Below are positions 1 through 13,300 of a stretch of 64,000 nucleotides of DNA, piece after piece. The stretch is from NCBI GenBank assembly GCA_001642005.1, contig LWCA01000029.1, positions 1 through 64,000 of the forward strand, given 5' to 3'. A program made the translations under genes and the position numbers. The stretch is from Intoshia linei (lineage: Eukaryota > Animalia > Orthonectida). The first letter of the stretch is position 1, and every line of letters begins with the position of its first letter. Below the pieces are notes generated by a model, which saw nothing but the letters and a program-made list of their open reading frames with translations, was not told the DNA's origin and did no database searches.

Positions 1-1371
1 AGTGATACAGAAATGGGATATTGTACCATAATGAAGAAATTATTGGCCATTGTTTATTCTGTTTTGAAATTAAGATATTACTTGTCAGGATCACATTTTA
101 CAGTGATCATTGACCATAATCCATTGGTTCAATTGAAAATGTCAAAAAATCTAACTAATAAACAATATCGCTGGTTCGACAAATTATCCGACTTTGATTA
201 TGATCTGGTTTATAGCCCTGGAAAATTAAATTTTACAGCTGATGTACTTTCTCGGCAATTTGATATTAATTCTCTTGAATTTACGGATATTAAGAGGTTA
301 GTTAGTCAAAAAAATGATGCTGATATTGTTGATATTTTGAACACAGGTATATCTAATATTAAATTATATAACAAATATATCAAATTAAAATCGAAAATGA
401 TACATTATATATTATACACAAAAGAAATCGACTTATACTCGTTCCTAGTGATTGTGTCTGTTATTTTGGAACATTTTCACAAGTCACCTTGTTATGTGCA
501 TCCTGAAATTACCAAATGTTTCAAAGCTATAAAAAAAAACTTTTTCTGGCCTTAAATGTACAATGATAAAAAAAATTTTTAAATGCAATAACTGTAATGT
601 ATCTAAATCTCGAAATCATTTACATACTAATCCTCTTCAAACAGTTAAATCTCATTATTTTAATGAACTATGGCAGATTGATATTTTAGGCAAATTACTT
701 GAAACTAACAATTTAAATTGTTTTATTATAGTTATGGTGGATCACTTTTCGGGCTGGATAGAGGCGCGAGCTGTAAACAATATTTCTGCGCAAACAGTAT
801 CCGAAACAATATTTAATTGCATTATATTTCGCTATGGTTCGCTTGCTCAGATTCATACTGATTGTGGTCGTCAATTTGAAAGCGAGTTAAATAATCAATT
901 GTGTTAAACATACTCTATAAATTTAAGTCATTCAAAACCATATATGCACAATGAAAATGGCTTAGTGGAACGTTACAACAGGTCAATTAGAGAAAAATTG
1001 CAAATTTTTGATAACCAATATTCTTTAGATTGGGATGAATTGCTCCCATATGTATTAATGAGTTTACGTACTCTACCAACTTCTAGAAATGATATTATTC
1101 CCTTTGAAATTATTTATGGCATATCAAATTTAGATCAGAATTACTTTCTCATTCAAAAAATCATAAATTGAAACACAATCGTCTTGTCAAACGTAACTAC
1201 GATTCCAAGGTTCAAAAGTCAGCTTCACTTCATGCTAAAAATTATGTTCATAATGAACCAATTTTAAACAAACAACAAAATTTATATAAACCTATATCTC
1301 TTACCAAACGTTCTCGATCTACTCAACCTCCATCTTATTTGAATGATTATATTCTTGAGGGGAAGATGTAA
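1..1371 (+). mobile_element. Degenerate Ty3/gypsy LTR retrotransposon pol remnant (RNase H + integrase), broken by stops and frameshifts
   Basis: ORFs 13-555 (LLAIVY..F.VIIDHNPL..RW...YSPGKLN..AD.LSR, RNase H), 563-907 (C..C zinc motif, WQIDILG, VDHFSGW.EA, IHTD.GRQFES, integrase core) and 944-1171 (NGLVERYNRSI..W...LP). Confidence 0.92.
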
Positions 1372-1569
1372 TGATATATAATATCACTATGAAGATTGAA
1401 AATGAGATTGATTGTTATTTATTTATATTATCAACCTAAGTTGAATTTGCTGGTTCTATTAAAAGCTATTATTTAAATCTTACTAATTATACTACGCAAT
1501 GAATTATTGTATTTATTTTATTTTATAAATACGTTGCTGTAGTGTTAAAATGTAAGTTAATTTTATACA
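1358..1569 (+). mobile_element. Polypurine tract and probable short 3' LTR of the gypsy element
   Basis: The purine run (G)AGGGGAAGA is followed directly by TGTAAT at 1367. A candidate end ...TATACA lies at 1569. The right boundary is uncertain. Confidence 0.5.
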
Positions 1570-1599
1570 AAATGTTTGAAAATGAAAATTTGAAATTTA

Positions 1600-2215
1600 A
1601 AAATTGCGAAGGAATGAATTATATAGATTTTCACCTATATGTCTTTATTGGAAATGTGTAGACGTACGTAAATGACGTATTTCTAGGGTTGAATTTTGTA
1701 TTTATATTAACTGGAATAAGCTCTATCAGAATAATTTTTTTTTTTTTTAATTTTCGGACTGTTAATAAAATATATAAATACTAAAATGCTTTTTTGATTG
1801 TAAAGTCATCACTTATTCGGATTGAATTTGTTTATTTGTGTTAACAGGATACAACTGTACCACCTGTAAATTTTTGAAATTCTAGGGCTGTTTTACATAA
1901 AAAAAGTAATTTGGGGTTTTGGCCCTGAAGAGATAATTTTTATAAATTTAAATTTATGATAATGTTTATGATTTTAAAATCCGCATCAGCGTATGTATTT
2001 TTTTAAAATATCTAACTCGTTTGATTTTCAAAAAGAGGGACAACTAAGGTTTTTGACCCGTAAGATGTTAAATTGGGAGGTTGGAATTTAGATTAATATA
2101 CGTCCCAGAAAAAACTGTAATTTAAATGTGGTCTTTAAAAAATTCTAAGACGTGTAGTTATTTAAATAAAGTTGAACACACACAAACAAAAATCGCGTAG
2201 CCTTTTCTATAAGTT
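1600..2215 (-). mobile_element. Non-autonomous Helitron family copy (partial)
   Basis: Extensive identity to 38570-39260 and to the reverse complement of 63520-64000, including the CACACACAAACAAAAATCGCGTAG 5'-subterminal motif. Confidence 0.85.
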
Positions 2216-2289
2216 ATCATAATGTATAATAATTATAAAATAAAATTAAATAATAATAATAATTCCAATTTTTTAAGTTTCATATTAAC

Positions 2290-2903
2290 CAGTGATTCCC
2301 AACGTGGGACGTGCGTCCACCACTGAGGCTTAAAAAATTTGAGTGGAGCTTGTAAATATTAGGTTGGGCTTTAAAAATTTTAGAAAACAAAATAATTGAT
2401 TAGTTATTAATGATTTCTATTGTTACAAATTCATTGATAAGCTCATTTTTATATTAAAATTTACATATATTTTTTGATTACAATGATCATTGACCACATC
2501 ATATTTATATCAGGAATTTATCACATTTCACTGAAAAGTTATAACTTATAACTACCATTGAAACACAGTTGTAAACTTTACCGGGTAAAGTTACAGCAAT
2601 GATAATTTTTGAACAAGACAGACTAAAATTTGGTAAATTGGCATATTTTTGATAGACTAAAAATATTTCCACCAAACTAAAAATATTTCCACCAAACTAA
2701 AAAATCACAAATGAATTCGGTTGATTATATGTTATATTTAGGTATATTAAATTTTAATTTTACCCTATTTTGTTGCGCAATAATATATAAACATAAAAAA
2801 TTTGTTAGGACACCACATGGAAATAGTTATACATTATGGTGGGGCGTAGAAATTTCGTAAGGATAAAAGTGGGAAATGACACTTAAAAGGTTGGGAAACA
2901 CTG
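2290..2903. mobile_element. hAT (Charlie/Buster-type) MITE
   Basis: TIRs CAGTGATTCCCAAC / GTTGGGAAACACTG; flanking 8-mers ATATTAAC / ATATAAAC (7/8 TSD match). Confidence 0.85.
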
Positions 2904-3822
2904 ATATAAACAATTTGTATATTAAATTATTTTAATTTAAAGCTATATATTTATTTGTACCTGAATTAATGTTTGTGTTTTATGTTATATTATAATTAGT
3001 GAAATTATATACGATTGATATATTTTTTTAAAAGCAATATAATTTGTTTATAGAGGGGTTATTTTATAAAGAGGTTTCACTGTAGTACAATATTCATTAA
3101 CTACGATATGTATTATATTTCTAAAATTATCATAGAAGAGTATTCAGATTTACTATTACTTTTTTAAACGTTCCCGTGTGTTCAGATTATAATGACCTCA
3201 CCGTATATTGTAAAATTATCATAATTATAATTATGCCTGTATTTTCACCTGTAAATTAAATACTTATTGTTATAAGATTACATTTGTATTTGTAGTATTT
3301 GCACTTAAATTTTAATCTCGTTAAAAATTTCATATTTAAGTGCGTCTATAATTTTGTTTTCCATTCATCGTGCCGAATGTGCAATGCGATAATAAATGGT
3401 TAGTTTTTTGATCCGAATGAAATGTTTAAAAGGCGTAATAATTTAATAATAACTTTTAATGAACATTTTTTACCTGATCTATATTTCTAGCTTGACTTAT
3501 AAAATAATTTTATTAGGTTACAAATATCATACTTTGTTTTGTTAGGGAGAAATGCCATAATTACTGAGCTACTTAGAATTCGTACTATAATTTTATAGTC
3601 TAAAATGTAAATCATTCGATACAGTGGAGATAATTGACCCAACCTCCTATTATTTATTACGATACCAGTTTAAGTTAACATTTTTAATGTTCAAATATTT
3701 ATTTCTTGTTATTATAATGGAAAAAGTTAAGTATCGATTTTTAGTTTTAAGTAAATTTGAATTTCATAAATCAGTAAATTTCATATTTGAATTTGATATA
3801 GTCATAATTACTGACTAATTTT

Positions 3823-3925
3823 AAACATAATGACTATATTAAATTTAAATATGACCATATTAAATGCAAACATGACTATATCATATACAAACATAAACTA
3901 CTTTTGTGCAAACATGACTATATAA
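3823..3925. repeat. Degenerate ~21-22 bp tandem repeat (core AAACATGACTATA) x5
   Basis: Repeated aaacatgactata/aaatatgaccata units, with an inverted copy at ~3797-3810. Confidence 0.6.
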
Positions 3926-4329
3926 ATAAAGAATATAAATAATATATATATTGTGGGATATTATCAATAAAATTGATTTATAAAATGTTACATGTGGCCT
4001 AATTAATTAATGATATTTATGAGCCATACTTAAATTAATGTTTTCTATGCAAAATTCACCTCGGAATAAATTTAATCAACTATTGAAAATGTCTATCGTA
4101 TAAATTCCAATGTTAAACCTGGTGAGGATCCATAATTTAAATTGCGACATAAAATTTTATTAATTATGTTGATTAAAATCGATCGATTCGTGGTAGTAAT
4201 AGTAATGTAAAATAATTTCCTAGTGATTTCCGTAAAGTAGATCAAATGAAAATAAGACAAGAGTAAATTACAAAAAAAATTGCTATTTTTAGAAATAATT
4301 TCATTGTCAATTTGTAATTGATACCTTGA

Positions 4330-7300
4330 ATGGAAAATTACAATGACGTTGTATACCCAATATCAGAAAGGCTAATAGACTATGTAATTTTCGTGGGACA
4401 TAAATATGAAAAAAAACATAATGAAAAACAACACGAAACTGATTATAACGGTAAAATAAAACCTCAAATTTTGAGACGCTTTCCAACAAACAATCATTCT
4501 GATTTTGCTTTACCTGACGATGTTGTATATTTTTGCCTACCAGACGGCATAAAAGAGTATGGAGCCAATGATTTTTCTCACCACGAACAAGAATCAAACA
4601 CTTTCATTTTTACTTTAACCAATAAGGACACATCTATTGTTCGGTATGGGGTATGCACTCAATTTTATCGCAGTGTTTCCGACGTGTATAGCTTAATCAC
4701 TATGTGTATGGTGTCTCATCATAACATGTTCAAAAACTTTAGAAAATGCCTACTTGTTCTCAAGCAGCTCATGAACGTTGTTAAAAATGACGATCAAGTT
4801 ATTGCTTTGGGGTAATTTCATATTATATACTTTTATTACATTTCTATATTTATCAATTTTAGAGAATGTCCATGGTCACTTTTTTTGCACGATACAAAAA
4901 AAAATTCCGATATTTATCCCAAAATATTAATGGATATTGAACTATGGATAATAAATTTACTTAATACACATAGTCCTATTCCTAATGTGTCTAAAATCCA
5001 AGTAAATTTATTTATTATATCATTTGTACGTCATTAGATGGATTTATTGCCTCAAAGTATCGGAAATACGCTGGTTTTTGCATCTCCTGACATCACAAGG
5101 TTTGAACTTATCGATTTTCCTTTTCATATTCCATTCGAGCTTATTGGGGTAGAAAAGTGCATAACTATTTTGAAGTTGATACTTTTTGAACAAAAGGTAT
5201 TTCATACATAAAATTTGCACGCATTGAACTTCACTTGTATCATACAAGTTGTATGTAAATATAAATTAATTGTTGCTATAAATGTCTGTCTATCTAGCTA
5301 TAACTCTATCTGTGTGTTATCATTTATTTAAAACTAACACTTCCCGAAAATTTAAAAATAAAAATTATAAGACACTTTTTCTCTGCACAGAGGTTAGGAT
5401 CAATTTAAATGTCCGCAATCGTTATCTTCACGGTCAAAACGCATATTACCATTTTTTTCAAAAATGAATAAAAAGTTAGAATCAATGAATTTAAAAAAAA
5501 ATTGTAATTCAGTCTATCTGGGCCAATCCATTGTCATAAATTATATTAATTGAACAAATTGCAAAATTTCGAAATGTAATAATCCCTCTGTTCCGAAATA
5601 ATTTTTACATATTATCATGACTTTTTGTTTCAAAATAATGTTTACATTTCCAAACTTTTATATCATCATTGCAAAACATTTATAAATACTATTGAAACTA
5701 ATTTTAACATTTATTAAACAAAACTACATTTTATTTAAGATAATAAGTCTTCAATTTTACAGGGTATGCTCATCAATATTTTGCCGAGCCGTAAGGATCG
5801 CTTCTGGTTTGCAAGTTAGGGATACTGGTAGAGTACCATTCTTGCGAAGCCTTGCTTTTCCGATATGCGATAGCTTATATCATTTCCTCCTTTCGCAATA
5901 ATCGTCTCCTCCATACATTGCTGAAGCGTTAAAAATACATTGTCCAGCTTATCTGGGTGTAGATCATTAAAAACATTACTCACGCAGCTAATCAGTTCGT
6001 GTCAATGATCTTCGGAGAATACTGATGTTGAACGGATTGGATGGCGTTGAAGAACCCGAGATCCAATACGTTCATGTTGGGGCTATTAGGTGGTTGGTTT
6101 TTAGACACAATGGAAAACCCAAACACAAAAATATCAAAAAAAAAATAAAATTATTAACATAATTTAATGTGAACAAAAAATAAAATTTTTTTTAGTCTAG
6201 GCGTATTAGATCGTAATCTATCAGAAACTTAATAAAACTAAAAGTTAACCAAAAAGAGTGATAATCGAAAAGGTTTATTCCAAATGTAAACATTATTGCG
6301 GAACAGAGGGAGTATAATTTATGTAGGTAATATATATTCATAATATAATGGTTTCATTTTCCAGTGTTCATATCATATATCATTACTTGTAATATAATGA
6401 TTATTTTAATGATTATAATATTATTTTTAAGATTATTTTCAAATCAAGAGATTATAATACATTAACCATGACAATAACTGCATTTATTAATATGCTGAGT
6501 CCGATGAAATACATGTTTCCTCTTATACCACTTTTACCAGCCTCCATGCCTCAATCCGAACAAGTACGAAAATTATTATTTAAATTTTAAATTTATTATT
6601 TTAGATTTTTCTTGCTCCAACCCCATATGTCATAGGTGTATCAAAATGCTTTTTTGATCAAGATAAAAAGTTAAAGATTCCCAATGATGTTTGGATGATT
6701 GATATAGATTCCAGTGAGGTTCGTCAACTTTTGTACATCATACACTAGGGTAACGGTTCTCAAGTGCACTTGCGCAAACCATTATTGTCCTCATGAAAAA
6801 TTTATTGGTCCTTAGATAATTATAATATATACCAGTAAGTATGTATTAGGTTAAACGATCAGAAAATACAATTATAAATTATTAAACAATAATATGGGCT
6901 TTTATTAATTTTAGTTGATTGAATTTAAATTTAAAAAAAAATTTTTTTTTTAATTTCGATATGCTCCTATTTATTATTATATATTTCTGAAAAACTGAAT
7001 TTCAAATAAACATTTAAATATAATTAATTTATAATTATTATGATAATTATACATTGTATAATATTGTAACATACATATATTGAATACGATTACTACCCTT
7101 AGTTACGTCCATATAAAAATAAAGTTGCTAAAAATATGTCTTCGAGTATACGTGTCATTTTATACATATTACATATCATTTATGTAGAAAACTGACACTC
7201 GCAGAAAATTAATAAACAAAAATTCTATAAATGCTTTTTTCCTACATAGACGATAAATTGAAACCTCCGCAATCTTCACCATTACGATCAAAACCACACA

Positions 7301-10300
7301 TTACTCAATTTATTTTTCAGTCTTTTAGGCTTAATGAATTATATTAAATTTTATTAATAGTAACTTGCTACTTCATCATCACAACACCAATATAACAATT
7401 ATTTAGAAATATGAAAAACCTAATCGTATTATAATTATAGTCGAATCTCTATTATACATACAGCAAATTATACACAATACAACAATAATTTTGTGCTATT
7501 TTTGTTATAACTAAGACAAATTTAAATTACAACTAATAAATAAAGGTAATTTGGCGCATAATTTGAAAACTAACGATAATGAAAATTAAGAGAAAGTTAT
7601 AAATTTGTTTGATAAAATCATAATAATTGATGAGGTATAATCAGGAATTATATACAAAAATTGTAGTTTAAATGTAAATATGAATAAATTATATCTTTTT
7701 TATTCTTATTGTATAAATTATTATTCCGTTATCGATTACTGTATATCAGTGATTCTCAAATATGCCCATTTTTCGTTATATTTTTCGAGGTCTGCCAAAT
7801 ATTTTTAATAATTTGAATTTACCGATATTTCAATTATAAACCCCCCAAAATCAATTCTCATTAATTGTCAATTACTCTTATAAATTTTATATCAATAAAA
7901 TAAAAATTGTGGTACGCGATGGTCCTAAATTATTATATATTACCCTGCTATATATACAAATAGATGTTGTTTTTACGTAGCACAACACACTCGGATCAGG
8001 GAATATTAATATTTAGACTCAATTAATTTTTAAAATAAAATTTCATCATTATTTAGTATAAAATAATCTATTAAAAATACTAATTGTTATTTCAACAGAA
8101 TTATCTAAATTTAAAATGTAATATGAAGTTTTGATTATCTATATGTACTAAAGTTAAATTTACCATTTTGCTGTATGTATGTATTATCGAAATTCCACTG
8201 TATATCTTAGAATCATAATTAATATATTTTTTTAAATTTTCCACTTATATAAAGCTGCCAGATTAAAAACGTACTCATATTACTTAGTTACAAAATTATT
8301 ATGTTGAATTAGAATTTTACAAGTTTTTAGTATTAAATTATATAAAATACAATTGTAAATTTAATTTAAATATTATATTATTGGAATTAATCGTATACCA
8401 TAGCGTATTAAATTTTAAAAATTATTAGAAATTTAATTATTTTATTAATTAGTAAAAGTTTATTATAATAAACTTACATTTTTAGTACGTTTTTATCAGT
8501 GCTGCCTAAAATGTACTTTTACAAAAAACGTACTTCTGGCAGCTTTAACTTATAAGATACTATAATAATATTACAATACGAATGGAAATCTACGAAATTA
8601 ACGTCTTCATGGTCAAATAAGCACTTTATTTTTTTTATTTTTCATTTTTATTTCAGTAATTAATAGTAATTAGATCAGCGCTATAACGCTAAAAAATATT
8701 AATAAAAATAAAATAAACGTTATAATAAATATAATAATAAATAACATAATAGCGTTGGGTAATAAAAGTAATTTTTTCCTTGTTTGGACAGACTAATTGT
8801 TAAATTAAAATATTTGTATCTCACCTTAATTTGCTTGCATCAACTGATATACAATAATATTTTATCAGTGATTAGCTAATGCCCTTTTTCACCAGATTAA
8901 TACACCAATTAATGATATTTGAATATCTTGTTATGGTTATGTACATTTTATATTAAAAATATTTTAGATTTTACGGCCAAGATATAAATACGTCTTACCA
9001 GCAATTCCGGAACCAGAGTATACCATATTACGAGTACATTTACATCAAACATTGGACAGTATTTCTCATGATAATGATATAAATCGACCCACTGCATGGC
9101 ATGATATATCATACTCCAAAAAACACGTGTAATTCATTTTCACATAATGTTTCAGTTATGGTTTTATAAATTTATTCAAATTTTTCTGTATGTCACAAAA
9201 CATATTATATTGACATTGATATTATTATATTCTATTGATATATTGACAAAGTGTTATTTACAACACAAAAATTTTTTTTAATTAAAAAAGATATAACAGA
9301 AATTTAATGGCATCAATTGTTTGTTAAAAATATTAAATGTACCATAAAAATTAAAAAAACTTGTATAAAAGGAATCCAGTATATTTTAATAATACATGTA
9401 TTTGTTATTCATTTCACAATTAATAGCTTGAAACAAAAAAATATAATATTTGGAAACGATATGGACTCAACTGACGTGGCTACCCGCGTGATTTTGGTAA
9501 GTTATAATTAAAATTAATAAATTACATTTTTCAAACATTTTTTTCACTTGAACATAATACACAATTGAAACATTATTTTAACTTGTGTTTTTATGTGTTA
9601 TAATATGGTTTTAAGTTGTTTATAAGATGACGAACTGTTAGTTACATTGTAATGCATAGTAACAAGTGACAACGGAAAGTATTTTTATCTTATTCCATAA
9701 TGACTTGTAACAACGAGCAAGTACCACTTGTAATTTATTGATTGTACATAGCAACAAGCATATTTTCCCTATTTACAAGTAGCTATTGTTATGATATAAG
9801 TATTCGTTTAATCATATTAATTATATAATATCATATAATTAATAATAAACATAATTAATTTTAATCTAGATAAATTTTTTTAATTCATCAAACACATTAA
9901 AAAATTTTTCCGATTATACGCGATTATTACGTCTATACCCACGGCCTGTTGTCGCATTTCAATATGAAGAATTTATTAAATCGAGAGCCTCACCATCAAC
10001 TTTTATTAAGCACTTGGCAAAAACCCAGGCAAGTTTATAACTGTATTAATACAATAAATTATACAATACAGTCCAATATATTTGTTGTAATAAATTATTC
10101 TTAGGCTGCTGAATATTTATCAGAATGGTTAATCAATCCATCAAATTTAAGTTATTTTCGAGTTTGTAATGGCATATATGATCCAATTAGTATTGGTGAT
10201 AAACCAAGATGGTATAATTCTACTCTACGTGGAGTTAAGTACAAACTTTTTGACAATTTAAATACACTCTCTAAATTAATGGATTACAATAATACAAATG

Positions 10301-13300
10301 GTCAAAATTATCAGCATCCAGATATACGTAATACATATATTTAATTATTATTAATATTTCAATATATAAATCATAGTTTTAATTAATTATTTTAGATATT
10401 GGAGATATTACATGCCAAGTCTATCTGGAAGATAAATTTTTAAATATTCCAGCAAATTTTAATAATGATGATTCGTCCAAGTACAATGTTGATACAGTTC
10501 CATCTTCAGAAGACGAAAAAAGTGATAATAATGAACATGGAGAGGTAATGCAAGTCTGTTATTTATTCATTATTTTTATTAAGATTTCGAAAGATGAAAA
10601 CAATACCGATGACGCTAATGTGACCAAAAAGTAATAACAATTTATATCAATTATCTAGCTGGTACACTGTATCAGTTACCGGTATGTTAAATATAAAAAA
10701 TATGTAAGTATATTTAATATATTCTGCTTTAATAATTTTTAATATTATTAATAGGGAAGACATAACTAATCAAGAATTGATGGTAATATTTTTAGCAATC
10801 TGTGTATATCATTTTAATAGAAACCAAAGAAATCCAAAGTTTACAACAATTTAATTAAAGATAGTATAATTTTGTTTAAAAATGCTTCAAATTCGTCAAG
10901 TAAATTGATATGCACTTATTATAATAAATAATAATAATTAATTATGATTGTATTATTATTATTTACCTGTTAATAAGTAATTTTATTGGATTTTAAAATA
11001 TTTTGATTATTAAAAAAATTTTTGTACCAGATAAAATTCAATAAGGACTATAGTTTGATTACACTACCCTGTATCATATAGTAAATATTGTATTTCTTCT
11101 ACGTGTTCGGATAAGTTCTTGGTCCTGAAAAAACGATTATGTGTCGAGTATTGGTGGAAATTTTTTTTAATATTCACAGTTTTCACATACGAGTACGCCA
11201 GTAAGTACAATGTAACACAAACGTACGTCGTACATTTTACTTACTGAATTGTAAATGGAAAAATTGTCAATTTTTGAATGACCATTATTTACTTTCATTT
11301 TTGTAAATTAATACGGTTTATAAAATCGAAAATGCAGATACATCTTACCATGCTCCAGCTAATTCCCCACAAAATCAAAAATGAGCCATTAAAAATTGAT
11401 GTATTTTATCCGGTCATTTTAGGTAAATGCACTGTTCTAGGTTTCATTTATTTATACATTTCATTTAGAACGCAAATTTTCTCACTTTTTTGATTTAAAA
11501 CTGGAGAAAACGTATTTATTTTAATATTATTTAATTACAGTATATATGAGATCTTAATCTTTTTCCACTTACGCCAAAATCCCAAAATTTAATAAACTTA
11601 AATTATAATTAAAAACTATTTGCACTATGTTTACGAAAAATGACTTATTATTCTATAACTATTTTCATTTTAAAAAAAAGGTAATCGGGTTTGGATTGTG
11701 AAAACAGTTTTTTGATGTTGGAATTTATGATATATTTTTTGTGTGCTTATGATTTTAAAAAAAAAGTTTTACAATCTATGCATGATGTCATATAGCCTTT
11801 AATGACCTTTCTAAGGCACTTAACTTGACATTTTAAAAATACACAAAATAGTAATGAGATTCAAGAATATAATTTTATTAAATATAATTATTAACGTCTT
11901 TAATTTATTTTATATTATTATTTACGCCTTATTTTCATAAAATACACCATACTATCATGGAGCGTCTTAGATTCTAAGACCTATGTTATACCCTAATACA
12001 CTTATTTTAGTATTATTGTTTCTTATTTCATTTTATTAATTAAAATTATTATTAATTAAAACTGATAGTTTAATAATGGTTTGTGTAAACATTATTTTTA
12101 TGCGGCCTGCGTAATAATTTTTTTAAAATTTGGCCCTCTAAGCACATTGAGACACCCTAATTTAAACCAAAAATGCGATTATTATTGTTTATTATTATTA
12201 TAACGATATTAAATAATTATTTAATGTTGACTTTGTGGATAATAATTTGAAGGGATCGGTCAAAAAATATATTGTTAAAAGGGGTCGATAGACAAAATAA
12301 GTTTGTAATACCGCCTGTATATAAGTGACGTCGCATAGCTTGTTCCCGATAATTATGATATTATCGTAAACATGGTTTAAAATAATCCATTATTACACTA
12401 GAGATTCTCATAACAGGATGGTGACTATAATTGATGATATTTTAATTGGAAAAAAGATTGGTTGGTTAACTAGTACCTATATTAAACGATTAATCGGCAA
12501 TGAAAAAGTTTGCGGTGAATTTATATTTTTGCTTCACAATAAAATGATTTCTCACGCTTCACACCAATCCACCTTCAATGTGGTAATTTAATAAATTTTA
12601 TACTTGTAATTGTATATTGATACTGGCATATAATATGAGATGAAATAATATCATTAAAACTTTCAAATCTGATATATCCCTAAATGTGGTGTAAATGTTA
12701 GATTTCGTTATTCATTAGCAATTTCTCCACGGTTCCGAATCACTATTTTAAATTTTACAAACATATCATTTGAGATTGAAAGGTTAAGATGGTCAAAAAA
12801 ATAATTTTTAAAAGTTCAATTTGAAAAATGAAGCCTTAGCAAAATGAAGGGTCGGAGTGACAAATGCAATTACAAATAAAATGAAATTTAATTTAGGAAG
12901 TTTCATATGACATTGCCGAGTCTTTATTATTGGTACTCAAAAACACTTTAAAAATATCTAATGAAAGATTTATGGAAAAGAATTTAAATAATTATTATAC
13001 AGTATATTTGGTCCTAGAAATTTTAAGAATAGCATATGTAAATGAAAATTATAACCGAAAAAAATCCTCGGAGGTAAAATTTTTAATTGTCTAATTTTCA
13101 AATTGATTGTTACAATTTCCAAATAACAGGTCATTTTTATAACTTTTATTTGTTCAGGGTATGTTTTTATCAAAAAATGTTGGTACCACCTTTGATACTA
13201 TATTAGTAAAAAACCCTAAATCTATTTGGTTGGGCCTTGGAAATGATCTAAATCAATTGATCTCTATTATAATAAATTTAATAAGTAGTATTGATTTGAA

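Noticed and set aside
2656-2702. 21-bp direct duplication ACTAAAAATATTTCCACCAA(A)
   Set aside because: Simple slippage inside a MITE; no spacers, so not CRISPR-like.
3340-3420. Possible BED-finger remnant on the minus strand upstream of MADD
   Set aside because: Too short and frameshifted to call.
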